Position numbers and translations under genes: made by a program
The notes under the pieces: model-generated
What the model was told of the DNA's origin: nothing
The model's database searches: none
The model's input: the letters and a program-made list of their open reading frames with translations, nothing else
Shown: positions 9,370-18,668 of the stretch, piece after piece
Layout: the number at the start of each line of letters is the position of its first letter
How positions within the stretch are numbered: the first letter of the stretch is position 1
Assembly: GCA_028279595.1 (NCBI GenBank)
Contig: JANQNK010000007.1
Coordinates: 1-64,000 of the forward strand
Source of the DNA: Thermoplasmatota archaeon
GTDB lineage: Archaea; Thermoplasmatota; JAKEGO01
Reading direction: 5' to 3'
DNA length: 64,000 bases

Positions 9370-11187
9370 ATGGCATTCAACATGTCGCTCCGCGTTGCGG
9401 TCCTGTTCAAGGACCGGTGCCAGCCGAAGCAGTGCAGCACCGAGTGCGTGAGGTTCTGTCCCAGAGTGAGGGCTGGCGCCGTGGAGACCATAATGACAGG
9501 GGACAGGGGGAAGCCGGTCATCTCGGAGGAACTGTGCATCGGGTGCGGCATCTGCGTACACAAGTGCCCCTTCACGGCCATACGGATAATCGGCCTCGCG
9601 GACGAGCTGGAGACTGACCTGATCCACCAGTATGGCGAGAACGGCTTTCGGCTGTTCAGGTTGCCCACCATCCAGGAGGGAAAGGTGGTCGGGCTCCTGG
9701 GTATGAACGGTATCGGCAAGACGACGATACTGAACATCCTCGCCGGGGAGTTCGTTCCGAACCTCGGAAACCTCGAACCGGACGAGGGATGGGAACCTGT
9801 GCTGGAGCATTTCCGCGGGACACAGATAAACGCCCATTTCAAGGAGATCGCCGAGGGCGACCTGAAGGTCTCGCTGAAGCCGCAGTACGTCGATCGCATG
9901 CAGAAGCTGTTCACCGGACCGGTGGCCCCACTCATGGAGAAGGCTGACGAACGGGGGGCGCTTGACGAGGTCGTCGAGGCACTGGGCCTGTCCGGGATAA
10001 TGATGAGGGACATGGCCGACCTTTCCGGGGGCGAGCTCCAGAGGGTGGCCATCGGCGCGACGATGCTCAAGGACGCTGACATCTACATGTTCGACGAACC
10101 CTCCTCCTATCTGGACATCCATCAGAGGATGCGGGTGGCGCATGCGATCCAGGGGATGACCGATATCGGCCAGATACTGGTCGTCGAGCACGACCTGGCA
10201 ATTCTCGATTTCATCTCGGACATGGTGTACGTCATGTACGGTTCGGAGGCGACCTACGGCGTGGTGGCGGAACCGCGCTCAGTCAGGAACGCCATCAATG
10301 CATACCTTCAGGGATATCTCCGCGAAGAGAACATCAGGTTCAGGGACGAATCCATCGAGTTCGACGTCCATCCGCCAAGGGAGGACTGGGAATCCCTCCC
10401 GATGCTGACCTACGGACCGCTGAAGAAGGAGTTCGACGGATTCACATTGACCGCCGGGAAGGGGGTCATCCACGAGGGGGAGGTCGTGGGGGTCGTCGGA
10501 CCGAATGCTACGGGGAAGACGACGCTGGTGAAGATACTGGCCGGAGTCATCAAGCCCTCGGATGGGAAGGTCGACACCGACGTCTCGGTCAGCTACAAGC
10601 CTCAGTACATCGCCCCAGACTTCAACGGGACCGTTAGGGAGTACCTCTACACCGTGATCGGCAACTTCGAGGAGGACAAGTTCTTCAAGGCTGAGGTCTA
10701 CGCTCCGCTCAGACTGGAGATGCTCCTCACCAAGGAGGTCAAGGCGCTGTCCGGCGGAGAGCTCCAGAGGGTGGCCGTGGCAGGGGCGATCTCGAGGGAC
10801 GCCGACCTGTATCTGCTTGACGAGCCATCGGCGTATCTGGACGCAAGCGAGAGGATGATAGCGGCCAGGACCGTTCGCAGAGTGATGGAGAAGAGGGGGA
10901 AGAGCGCCCTCATCGTCGACCACGACATCTACCTCATCGACCTGATATCGGACTCGCTGCTGGTGTTCGAGGGCGAGCCATCCATCGAGGGGCATTCCGT
11001 GGGGCCATTGCCGCTGCATGCTGGCATGAACCGGTTCCTCTCCACTGTGGGTATCACCTTCAGGAGGGATCCCGAGACCAAGAGACCGAGGATCAACACC
11101 CCTGGCTCGAGGCTCGACAGACAGCAGAAATCCTCCGGGGAACACTACTACACGGGTAAGTTAAGAGAAGAGGACGAGGAGGAATGA
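9370..11187 (+). CDS. rli: Ribosome recycling ATPase ABCE1/RLI
   Basis: N-terminal Cys-rich 2x[4Fe-4S] domain (CIGCGICVHKCP) and two ABC domains (LSGGELQR, DEPS). Start may be 9382. Confidence 0.97.
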   Translation: MAFNMSLRVAVLFKDRCQPKQCSTECVRFCPRVRAGAVETIMTGDRGKPVISEELCIGCGICVHKCPFTAIRIIGLADELETDLIHQYGENGFRLFRLPTIQEGKVVGLLGMNGIGKTTILNILAGEFVPNLGNLEPDEGWEPVLEHFRGTQINAHFKEIAEGDLKVSLKPQYVDRMQKLFTGPVAPLMEKADERGALDEVVEALGLSGIMMRDMADLSGGELQRVAIGATMLKDADIYMFDEPSSYLDIHQRMRVAHAIQGMTDIGQILVVEHDLAILDFISDMVYVMYGSEATYGVVAEPRSVRNAINAYLQGYLREENIRFRDESIEFDVHPPREDWESLPMLTYGPLKKEFDGFTLTAGKGVIHEGEVVGVVGPNATGKTTLVKILAGVIKPSDGKVDTDVSVSYKPQYIAPDFNGTVREYLYTVIGNFEEDKFFKAEVYAPLRLEMLLTKEVKALSGGELQRVAVAGAISRDADLYLLDEPSAYLDASERMIAARTVRRVMEKRGKSALIVDHDIYLIDLISDSLLVFEGEPSIEGHSVGPLPLHAGMNRFLSTVGITFRRDPETKRPRINTPGSRLDRQQKSSGEHYYTGKLREEDEEE

Positions 11188-11283
11188 GAGGGGCGATCTC
11201 CATTTATAAACCCAGCCCTCTAACTGCCGTTTTAATGGGAACTATTAAGTACGTCCGAGGTCACTTTACAGGAAGGTGGTAGG

Positions 11284-12492
11284 CTGACGGAGACCGAAAG
11301 CACGGATTACTCGAACCTCGACGACCTCTCCATGGCGGAGATAAACAGGCGACTCCGGGAGGAGAACCTACGTGGGGAGCTCGACAAGAAGAGGCTGGAA
11401 CGGGAGATCGCCCGACTCCAGGACCTCGTCCTTGAACTCAGTCACGAGAACAAACGCCTTAAGCACGAACTCAAGCAATTCAAGTCGCCGCCGCAGCTCG
11501 TCGGCCAGGTCGTTGACACCCTGGACACCGGCGACGTCATAGTCAAGAACGGCGCAGGCCAGACCTTCCTCGTCAGCGTCTCGCCGAAGATAGAGGCGCC
11601 CGACCTCAAGGTCGGCACCAGGATATCCATGGACAGGAACAACCTCACTGTCATGAGGATGCTTCCGCCGTCCAAGGACCCGGTCATCGGCGCAGCGGAG
11701 ATCATCGAGCGGCCCGTCGTCACGTTCGACGACATCGGGGGACTGGACGACCAGATCACCGAGATACGCGAGATGGTCGAGCTACCGCTCATCAAGCCGG
11801 ACCTGTTCCGCGAGGTAGGGATCACGCCCCCGAAGGGTGTCCTGCTGGTCGGACCCCCAGGCACCGGAAAGACGCTCATCGCCAAGGCAGTGGCGGAGAA
11901 GACCAACGCGACGTTCGTCAGGCTGGTCGGATCCGAACTCGTCCAGAAGTTCATCGGAGAGGGCGGCCGGCTCGTCCGCGAGCTCTTCCAGATGGCCAGG
12001 GACAAGGCTCCTGCCATCATATTCATAGACGAGATCGACGCCATCGGAGCGAAGAGGATGTCCATGGACACCACGGGAGACCGCGAGGTCCAGAGGACGC
12101 TCATGCAGCTCCTGGCAGAGATGGACGGGTTCAACGCGCTCGAGGATATCTCGATAATCGCGGCGACGAACCGCCTGGACATCATCGACGAGGCCCTTCT
12201 GAGGCCAGGTCGATTCGACCGGATCATCGAGATACCGATGCCCGATGTCGAGGGCGTCAAGAAGATCCTCGAGATCCACACCCGTGAAATGAACGTGGCC
12301 GAGGTTGACCTCGGAAAGGTCGCCGACAGGCTACGGGACACCACTGGCGCTCACGTTGCGGCCATAGTGCGCGAGGCGGGAATGTTCGCGATCAGGAGCG
12401 AGCGCGGCAACGTCACCCAGGACGATTTCAACAAGGCTGCCGAGAAGCTAGGCGGGAAGGAGTCCGGTTTCGACGAGAGAATGTACCATTGA
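11284..12492 (+). CDS. pan: Proteasome-activating nucleotidase (first ATG 11332; probable CTG start 11284)
   Basis: Coiled coil, OB domain and AAA domain (GPPGTGKT, FIDEID, DREVQRTLMQLL, RPGRFDR). SD-like GAAGGTGG ends 4 nt before an in-frame CTG. Confidence 0.95.
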   Translation: MTETESTDYSNLDDLSMAEINRRLREENLRGELDKKRLEREIARLQDLVLELSHENKRLKHELKQFKSPPQLVGQVVDTLDTGDVIVKNGAGQTFLVSVSPKIEAPDLKVGTRISMDRNNLTVMRMLPPSKDPVIGAAEIIERPVVTFDDIGGLDDQITEIREMVELPLIKPDLFREVGITPPKGVLLVGPPGTGKTLIAKAVAEKTNATFVRLVGSELVQKFIGEGGRLVRELFQMARDKAPAIIFIDEIDAIGAKRMSMDTTGDREVQRTLMQLLAEMDGFNALEDISIIAATNRLDIIDEALLRPGRFDRIIEIPMPDVEGVKKILEIHTREMNVAEVDLGKVADRLRDTTGAHVAAIVREAGMFAIRSERGNVTQDDFNKAAEKLGGKESGFDERMYH

Positions 12493-12575
12493 GAGCGTAC
12501 TCTCCGGATTGATACACTCAACATCCACAGCCATGGCTACGTCTGATTTACAGATGCTATCGGTCACACGACCTA

Positions 12576-14135
12576 CTACTCGCCGAAGAATCCGCGGAGC
12601 ACCGGATGCATCTCCATGAGCTGCTCGCGGCCCATCGCCTCGTACAGCTGGATCATTATACCTACGGTTAGCAGGACACCTGTACCACTCGTACGTCCTA
12701 CCGTCCCTATGAGGTCAGCTGACGCTGCAAGGAAGCCCACAAAGGCTCCGGATATCACCGTCACCATTGGGATGTATCTCTCCAGGACCCTCCTCAGGAC
12801 GCGCGGGTCGCGCCTGAAGCCGGGGATCTGCATGCCGCTGCTCTGGATCTGTTTGGCCACGTCTTCGGGACCCATGTTGGTCGTGGCGATCCAGAACTTG
12901 GCGAATATGATGGAGCCTAGCACCATCACTAGGACATAGATTATCACGTGCGCGGCGACCTGGATATAACTGTGATTGCCCATGTAAACGCCGTACTGGT
13001 CCTGATTGATCAAGGGCAACAACCATTCGTGGACGCCGTTCACCTGCGACAGATAATATGCCAGCCCCGCTGTCGGGGCGGTGGAGCCTGGTGGATACTT
13101 ACCTATCATCCAATTACGGCCCAGTATGGGCACACCTTGCAGTGACGGGTTCGTATAGAACAGGAGCGTGAACATGTTGACGTTGGCGAGCAGCGCCGAC
13201 ATCAGGATGACCGGGATGTTTGAAGCGTAGATCAGCCTGATCGGGTAGCGTCCCCGGGCTCCCCTTACGCGCCCGTGGGCGAGGGGAAGCTCGATCCTCG
13301 TGGACTCGGCGTAGGCCACGATGAAGAAGATGACCAGGGTCCCAAGCAGAGCTATAATGGGGTTAGGCTCGCCTAGGAAGACCATCTCGAAACCGCGCTG
13401 GCTGAAGTCGCCGAGGGACATGTTCTGAAGGACGTATATCGTCTTCGGAATGGTTCCCGAGGGGAGGTTCGCCGCCCTCTGGGTCCCTCCCACGGTGAGC
13501 GGAGAGTTCCTGTCGGCAGGGATCCAGTTGATCGTACCGGTGACGATCGCCTGTGAAACGCCGGCAGCGATGAACAGCGACACGCCGGAACCGATGCCCC
13601 ACTTGGAGACGACCTCGTCCATGAGGAACACCAGGTAGGAACCGACGAACAGCTGCATGATTATGATGGCCTTTGCATAGTTGTCGCCGTAGGTGCTGAT
13701 GAGGGCCGGGCTCGGCGCCAGGTATCCGTATACCTGGGGCACGGCCTCGACGAAGATCATGATGAGGACCATCATCTTCTGGGTCCCCTGGTAGACGGCC
13801 TTGTCGTCGGGATTTGAGAGATCGAGGTTGATGATCTTCGCTCCGACGAAGAGCTGCATGATGATCGAACCGGTAACGATCGGTCCGATACCCAGATGCA
13901 TGAGGGAGAAGGAGGCGCCGGCCATGATGGCCCGGAACTGCTCGAAGACGTCCGTCCTCTCCGTCGCGATGCCGTAGAGCATCACGTTGGTCATGAGGAA
14001 GTACATTATCAGGACGAGGAGCGTCCACATCAGCTTCGTCCTGAAAGCCACGTGGCCTTCCGGCTTCTTCACCGCCGGAAGGCGGTCGGTAATGGGCTTC
14101 AACCCATAGAGCAGCGACCTCTTCTCCTCTGCCAT
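12576..14135 (-). CDS. secY: Preprotein translocase SecY
   Basis: LGIGPIVTGSII, KWGIGSGVSLFI, YASNIPVIL, IPGFRRD, GTGVLL. Confidence 0.97.
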   Translation of the reverse strand: MAEEKRSLLYGLKPITDRLPAVKKPEGHVAFRTKLMWTLLVLIMYFLMTNVMLYGIATERTDVFEQFRAIMAGASFSLMHLGIGPIVTGSIIMQLFVGAKIINLDLSNPDDKAVYQGTQKMMVLIMIFVEAVPQVYGYLAPSPALISTYGDNYAKAIIIMQLFVGSYLVFLMDEVVSKWGIGSGVSLFIAAGVSQAIVTGTINWIPADRNSPLTVGGTQRAANLPSGTIPKTIYVLQNMSLGDFSQRGFEMVFLGEPNPIIALLGTLVIFFIVAYAESTRIELPLAHGRVRGARGRYPIRLIYASNIPVILMSALLANVNMFTLLFYTNPSLQGVPILGRNWMIGKYPPGSTAPTAGLAYYLSQVNGVHEWLLPLINQDQYGVYMGNHSYIQVAAHVIIYVLVMVLGSIIFAKFWIATTNMGPEDVAKQIQSSGMQIPGFRRDPRVLRRVLERYIPMVTVISGAFVGFLAASADLIGTVGRTSGTGVLLTVGIMIQLYEAMGREQLMEMHPVLRGFFGE

Positions 14136-14139
14136 CCGA

Positions 14140-14577
14140 TTATCCCTCTTCCTCAGGTTCCGTTTCAGTCGTCTCTTCGAAGGTCTCCTCGGCGGTCTCG
14201 ACCGATCCGCCGGCCGCCTCGACCTTCTCGATCGCCGATGGTACTGCTGTCTTCACCGCTATCTTGATGGCAGAACCGATGTTTCCGCCGCCGAGCAGCT
14301 TCTCGTAACCGTGTTCCGAGAGGTCCACCTCGCCGGCGTCGCTCCATCGCTCCGCGACCTCGCCCACGTTGATCGTCTCGGGACGGATGGTGAGCGACGG
14401 ATGCCTCTTGAAGCCGTACTTACCGGCGTAGCGCTTGCCGAAGGTCTTCCGGATCCACATCTTCCTGTGCTTGAAGGCTCCGGCCTTGCCTCTGCCTCCG
14501 CGCTTGCCTGCGCCTCGGCGGGCCTTCTTGCCGTGCCCGTGGTATCGTGAACCCCTGAACTTGTACGTCCTTCCCAT
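14140..14577 (-). CDS. rpl15: 50S ribosomal protein uL15 (short acidic tail)
   Basis: RGSR.HG.G...RGAGKRGGRGKAG, GKYGF, KLLGGG. Confidence 0.96.
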   Translation of the reverse strand: MGRTYKFRGSRYHGHGKKARRGAGKRGGRGKAGAFKHRKMWIRKTFGKRYAGKYGFKRHPSLTIRPETINVGEVAERWSDAGEVDLSEHGYEKLLGGGNIGSAIKIAVKTAVPSAIEKVEAAGGSVETAEETFEETTETEPEEEG

Positions 14578-15039
14578 CTAGAGCATCCTCCTGATGAGGT
14601 CGTTGATGTGCTGGCCGCGGTAGCCCAATGCTCCACCCATTACAAAAGGCTTTTTGATACCCTCGTAGCCCTTCGCAGGGGGGTGAAGCCGCATGACTGG
14701 CTTGATCGGATCGCCGAGTTTGTAATCACCCGCAATGAGTCCCTCGGCGAGACCCTTGAAGTCCGAATAATCTGTGTCGACGAGGTCGACCTCCGTGAGG
14801 ACCTTGTTGCCGATGAGGCGGCCGCGCTTCTCGAGCATCTCTGCGAGGGTGTCGACGTCGATCTCGCCCCAGGTGACGTAGTCCTTCGTCTTCTGGAGCA
14901 TTCCCTTGGACGTCGCATTGTCAGGTACGAGCACACAGTGGTTCACCCTGTGGAGCCTCATGTGCTTCATGGTGTCCTGGATCTCGCCCATGAGCTTGAC
15001 CGTTCCCCTTACACGTATGACCGCGAACATCTCAGGCAC
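14578..15039 (-). CDS. rpl30: 50S ribosomal protein uL30
   Basis: VIRVRG, KDYVTWGE, RLHPP.KG, GALGYRG..IN.LI.RM. Confidence 0.96.
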   Translation of the reverse strand: MPEMFAVIRVRGTVKLMGEIQDTMKHMRLHRVNHCVLVPDNATSKGMLQKTKDYVTWGEIDVDTLAEMLEKRGRLIGNKVLTEVDLVDTDYSDFKGLAEGLIAGDYKLGDPIKPVMRLHPPAKGYEGIKKPFVMGGALGYRGQHINDLIRRML

Positions 15040-16150
15040 CGCCTATCGGTCCGGCAACGATGTGCAGTTCCTCGGCCAGTCCCTTGCTGACGCGGGTCTT
15101 CTCCATCTCCATGAGTGCGTCGAAGACGGACTTGGCGAAGTTGACCGTGGTCCTGGTCTGACCCTTCGCGAAGCTCTGTATGTCCTCGAACCCTGCGAGC
15201 GAGAGTATCCTGCTTGGGATGTCGCCGGCGGACAGTCCAGCGCCCCTGGGCGCTGGCTTGAGCTTGATCTCGACGGACCCGCTCTTGCCACTGATGGCGA
15301 ACGGGAGGCTGTGAGCCTTGCCGCAGCCGCACTCCCACGAGCCGCAGCCCCGCTTGACCTCGATTATGTTGAGCTTGGCGTTCTCGATGGCCTTCCTGAT
15401 CGTCGGCCCGACCTCCTTGCCCTTGGCCCTTCCGAGGCCGATGAAGCCGTCCCTGTTCCCGACCACCGTGGTTATTGAGAACTTGACACGGCGTCCGGAG
15501 TCGGTCATCCTCTGGACCATGTTGATGTCGAGGACGTCGTCTTCCAGGTCCGGCAGGAAATAGTCGACTATGGTGGACTCCCTCAGGGGAAGTCCTGAAT
15601 CGAGTACCTGGGAAAGTGTCGTGAGCTTTGATTCCTGGACCAGCTTTCCGAGCTTGGTCTTCGGCTGCCATGAGCCCAGATCGACCTCGACCGTCTGGCG
15701 CTGCCTCTGCTGCCTTCCGCGTCCTCCGCGTGGTCCGCCCCGGCCTCCGCGCGGTCCGCCGCGGGCGTCGTCGCGACGCTCCTGGCGGGTCGCCGGTGGG
15801 CCTACCTGGGCCACACCGATGTTCGCGTTGACCTCCTTCTTCTCGGGTTCGGGGGTCGGATACGGAACAGGTGCTGGTGGAGCTTGTGCCTTGGGTGCCG
15901 GTTCCGCTGCCGCCGGCTCCGCCTCTGCCTTGGGTTCAGCCGCAGGTTCCTCTGCTGCTTCAGGCTTGGCCTCGGGCTCCTCCTTTGCTTCTGGCTCGGC
16001 TGCGGGTTCCTCCGTCGCGGCCTCGGTGGCCGGCTCCTCGGGGGCTTCCTCGGTCGCCTCTGTCTTGGCCTCTGCCTCGACGGGAGCTTCCTCGGGCGCC
16101 TCCTCTGCCTTCTCCTCTTCCTCGACGGTTCCCTTCTCCTCTTCACTCAT
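15032..16150 (-). CDS. rps5: 30S ribosomal protein uS5 with about 160-aa acidic + RGG N-terminal extension
   Basis: Core starts at WQPKTKLG (residue 161); VQRMTDSGRR, RGCGSWEC.C, PAPRG.GL. Confidence 0.96.
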   Translation of the reverse strand: MSEEEKGTVEEEEKAEEAPEEAPVEAEAKTEATEEAPEEPATEAATEEPAAEPEAKEEPEAKPEAAEEPAAEPKAEAEPAAAEPAPKAQAPPAPVPYPTPEPEKKEVNANIGVAQVGPPATRQERRDDARGGPRGGRGGPRGGRGRQQRQRQTVEVDLGSWQPKTKLGKLVQESKLTTLSQVLDSGLPLRESTIVDYFLPDLEDDVLDINMVQRMTDSGRRVKFSITTVVGNRDGFIGLGRAKGKEVGPTIRKAIENAKLNIIEVKRGCGSWECGCGKAHSLPFAISGKSGSVEIKLKPAPRGAGLSAGDIPSRILSLAGFEDIQSFAKGQTRTTVNFAKSVFDALMEMEKTRVSKGLAEELHIVAGPIGGA

Positions 16151-16676
16151 CGTTACCAGCCTCCGGGCCTCCGAGTTCCTTGACCATCTTCGCGAGCACT
16201 GCGTCGTAGTCCGACTTGAGCTCGCCCCCGCGTATCCCCGAGATCCGCTCCTCGGTCGGGAGCGCCTCCTCTGAGTGCGGGATGTAGACGCCGGCGTCCA
16301 CCATTCCCTTGAGGACGGCGAACGAGCGCGAGCCCGCTACGGGCATCACGATGCCGATGTCGAGCACGGCCTCGTCGATACCGGCCTCGATCGCCTTTCG
16401 GCCGCCGAGATAGCCGGTCAGATAGGCCGACGCGGTATTGGACCTTCCTGCCTTCCAGCCGAAGGGCTCCAGCATGCTGGAGTCCACCGCTGTCAGGATG
16501 CGGTCTCCCACCGGATCGTACTCGATGAACTGGACCCTTATGAGCTTCCTGGAGCGTCGGACGACAGCCCGGGGGACTCCGGATTTCAGCAGGGCCAGTC
16601 TGCTATGGTAGTCAGTCCTTCCCTCGCGCCTCCGGCGGTAGGGAACGCTGTACCTTGGACCGTGGGCCATGATCAA
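16143..16676 (-). CDS. rpl18: 50S ribosomal protein uL18
   Basis: GPRY.VP.RRRREGRTDY, AYLTG, LDIG, KG.VDAG. Confidence 0.96.
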   Translation of the reverse strand: MIMAHGPRYSVPYRRRREGRTDYHSRLALLKSGVPRAVVRRSRKLIRVQFIEYDPVGDRILTAVDSSMLEPFGWKAGRSNTASAYLTGYLGGRKAIEAGIDEAVLDIGIVMPVAGSRSFAVLKGMVDAGVYIPHSEEALPTEERISGIRGGELKSDYDAVLAKMVKELGGPEAGNDE

Positions 16677-17131
16677 TCACCCTCCTTCCTGAGCACGCCT
16701 GCGGACTGCATGTGGGTGAGCATGTGGCGCTTGTTCCTGTAGAGCCCGCCCTTGGAGTGCCTGTAGTATAACCTGTAGGTCTTGTTGTCGATGGCGCCCT
16801 CGGAGCGGAGCTTCTTCAGCTCGCGCCTTATCGGGCGGATCGTGTTTATCCACGCCCTCTTCTTCGGCGTGCGGGCCTTCTTTGCGCCACGGCGGCTGCC
16901 GTGTCCGCGCCTGCGACCCTTGGCCTTCTGGGCCTTGATGTGACGGATCCTGCCACGGGATATGCCCCTCTCCTGGAGCTTCCCGATGGCACCCATCTTG
17001 ATGAGGATCCTGATGTCGCTCCTCGTGACCGCTTCCGTTATGTCGTCGATCCTGTCCGGGTCCATCCAGACGCGGTTGTTCCCGCACTTGAGGATCTCGG
17101 CGGCCATCCTTCTCTGAACGCTCAGGTCCAT
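16673..17131 (-). CDS. rpl19e: 50S ribosomal protein eL19
   Basis: QRRMAA.ILKCG.NRVW, KGRRRG.GSRRG.K.AR. Confidence 0.96.
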   Translation of the reverse strand: MDLSVQRRMAAEILKCGNNRVWMDPDRIDDITEAVTRSDIRILIKMGAIGKLQERGISRGRIRHIKAQKAKGRRRGHGSRRGAKKARTPKKRAWINTIRPIRRELKKLRSEGAIDNKTYRLYYRHSKGGLYRNKRHMLTHMQSAGVLRKEGD

Positions 17132-17132
17132 G

Positions 17133-17555
17133 TCACTCGCCTCCCCTGTTGAGCACCCTGATCTTCATCTTCTCGGCCACCGCGATGATCTCGACGCGCT
17201 TCCTGACGCCGACGGAGTGGCCGATCCTTGCGGCCTGCACCTTCGGGTCGAGCGCCTCGACGTCCTTCACGTTGTACACGAGGACCTCCTCGAATCCCGA
17301 GGGATGGAGCCCCCTGGCCTTCACCGGGGTGCGGAACCCTACGGTCGCCACGGGGGTCCTGTAACGGAGCCCCTTGCGCATCTTCGAGTGCTTGCCCCTC
17401 GGTTTCCTCCACGAGGTGCCAAGACGCTGGTACCGGTGCCATTCCTGGCGCCTGAACTTGGGCATCCTGCGACGCTCTGCGTCCCTCTTCTCGAGGGCCT
17501 CCCTCGTCGTGTCGTCGAGTTCGGGCTTGATCTTTCCAGATCTCTTCTTTGCCAT
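17133..17555 (-). CDS. rpl32e: 50S ribosomal protein eL32
   Basis: P.FRRQE, WRKPRG.HSKMR, GLHPSG. Confidence 0.96.
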   Translation of the reverse strand: MAKKRSGKIKPELDDTTREALEKRDAERRRMPKFRRQEWHRYQRLGTSWRKPRGKHSKMRKGLRYRTPVATVGFRTPVKARGLHPSGFEEVLVYNVKDVEALDPKVQAARIGHSVGVRKRVEIIAVAEKMKIRVLNRGGE

Positions 17556-17561
17556 TTCAGA

Positions 17562-18098
17562 TCACCCCTTCTCCACGATGTATATCCCGTCCTGGAAGAC
17601 CTTGGGATCGTATCTCCTGATCTTGGTCGCAAGCTCGATGTTGGCGGCGGTCTGGCCGACGTGCTCCTTGTCTATTCCGGTCACGGTGACCTCGTCGCCC
17701 TTCACCTCGACGGTGGTGTCCTCGATGATCGGCGCCCTCCTCGGGTGCCTCTCTCCCATGAAGTTCTCTATCATGAGCGTGGTGTCCTTGACGTACACCT
17801 TCATCGGGAAATGGGAGTAGCGTATCTTGAGGTGGTACGTGTAACCCTCTGAGACACCCTTGGCCATGTTGGCCACATGGGCGCGCCAGGTTCCCGCGAG
17901 TGCGTAGACCTTGCGCCTGGGTAGTACGGAATGGAGGTTGACGTGTCCATCCTCGACCTTCATGTCGATCTCCGGGTGCCTGAACTCCCGGAAGATATTG
18001 CCCTTGGGCCCCTCCATGTGGAGGGTGTGTCCCTCGAGCTTCGCCGAGACGCCCTCGGGGAGATCGACCGTGTAATCAACTTCACTTACCTTCGGCAT
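17562..18098 (-). CDS. rpl6: 50S ribosomal protein uL6
   Basis: YSHFPM, ENFMGE, GQTAANIE, D.KVFQDGIY. Confidence 0.96.
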   Translation of the reverse strand: MPKVSEVDYTVDLPEGVSAKLEGHTLHMEGPKGNIFREFRHPEIDMKVEDGHVNLHSVLPRRKVYALAGTWRAHVANMAKGVSEGYTYHLKIRYSHFPMKVYVKDTTLMIENFMGERHPRRAPIIEDTTVEVKGDEVTVTGIDKEHVGQTAANIELATKIRRYDPKVFQDGIYIVEKG

Positions 18099-18107
18099 GA
18101 TATCACC

Positions 18108-18497
18108 TCAGTAGACATAGGCCAGGAGCTTGCCTCCTATGCCCTTCTGCCTTGCCTCCTTGTGCGACATCACTCCCTTCGTGGTAGTGAGTATCACCAG
18201 TCCGAAATCCTGCGCCGGGAGGTACCTGGACTCGTATCTGTCGAGGTCCGTCCTCCTGACGGCGTACCGCGGCTTGATGACGCCGCATGTGTTGATCGCT
18301 CCGATCAGGTCGACGGATATCTCGTCGCCCTTTACAGACCTTACGAGCTCGATGTCGCCGATGTAACCGTGCTCGCGCATGACCTTGAGCACGTTGAGTA
18401 TCAGCTTGGACGCGGGCTGGATCTGGCAGTTGGCCTTCCCAGACTTCTCCGCGTTCTTCACTGCGCTCATCGCGTCAGACAATGGATCGTGCTGCAT
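18108..18497 (-). CDS. rps8: 30S ribosomal protein uS8
   Basis: DPLSDA, PASKL, IN.CGVIKPR, YLPA.DFG..ILTT.KG. Confidence 0.96.
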   Translation of the reverse strand: MQHDPLSDAMSAVKNAEKSGKANCQIQPASKLILNVLKVMREHGYIGDIELVRSVKGDEISVDLIGAINTCGVIKPRYAVRRTDLDRYESRYLPAQDFGLVILTTTKGVMSHKEARQKGIGGKLLAYVY

Positions 18498-18507
18498 ACA
18501 TCACACC

Positions 18508-18666
18508 TCACGAGTATTTCTTGAATCCGAGCTCGGGAGCTATCTCCCTGAAGCACTGCCTGCAGAGATGGAGACCGTATCGTCTCACCAGGCCCCTGCG
18601 GCGGCCGCACCTCGAGCATCCGACCTTTCTGCCGAACGTCTTTCGTTTGACCTCTTCACCTTCCAT
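18508..18666 (-). CDS. rps14: 30S ribosomal protein uS14 (52 aa, not in the ORF track)
   Basis: Hand translation: [52 protein letters not shown]; expected position. Confidence 0.95.
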   Translation of the reverse strand: MEGEEVKRKTFGRKVGCSRCGRRRGLVRRYGLHLCRQCFREIAPELGFKKYS

Positions 18667-18668
18667 GA

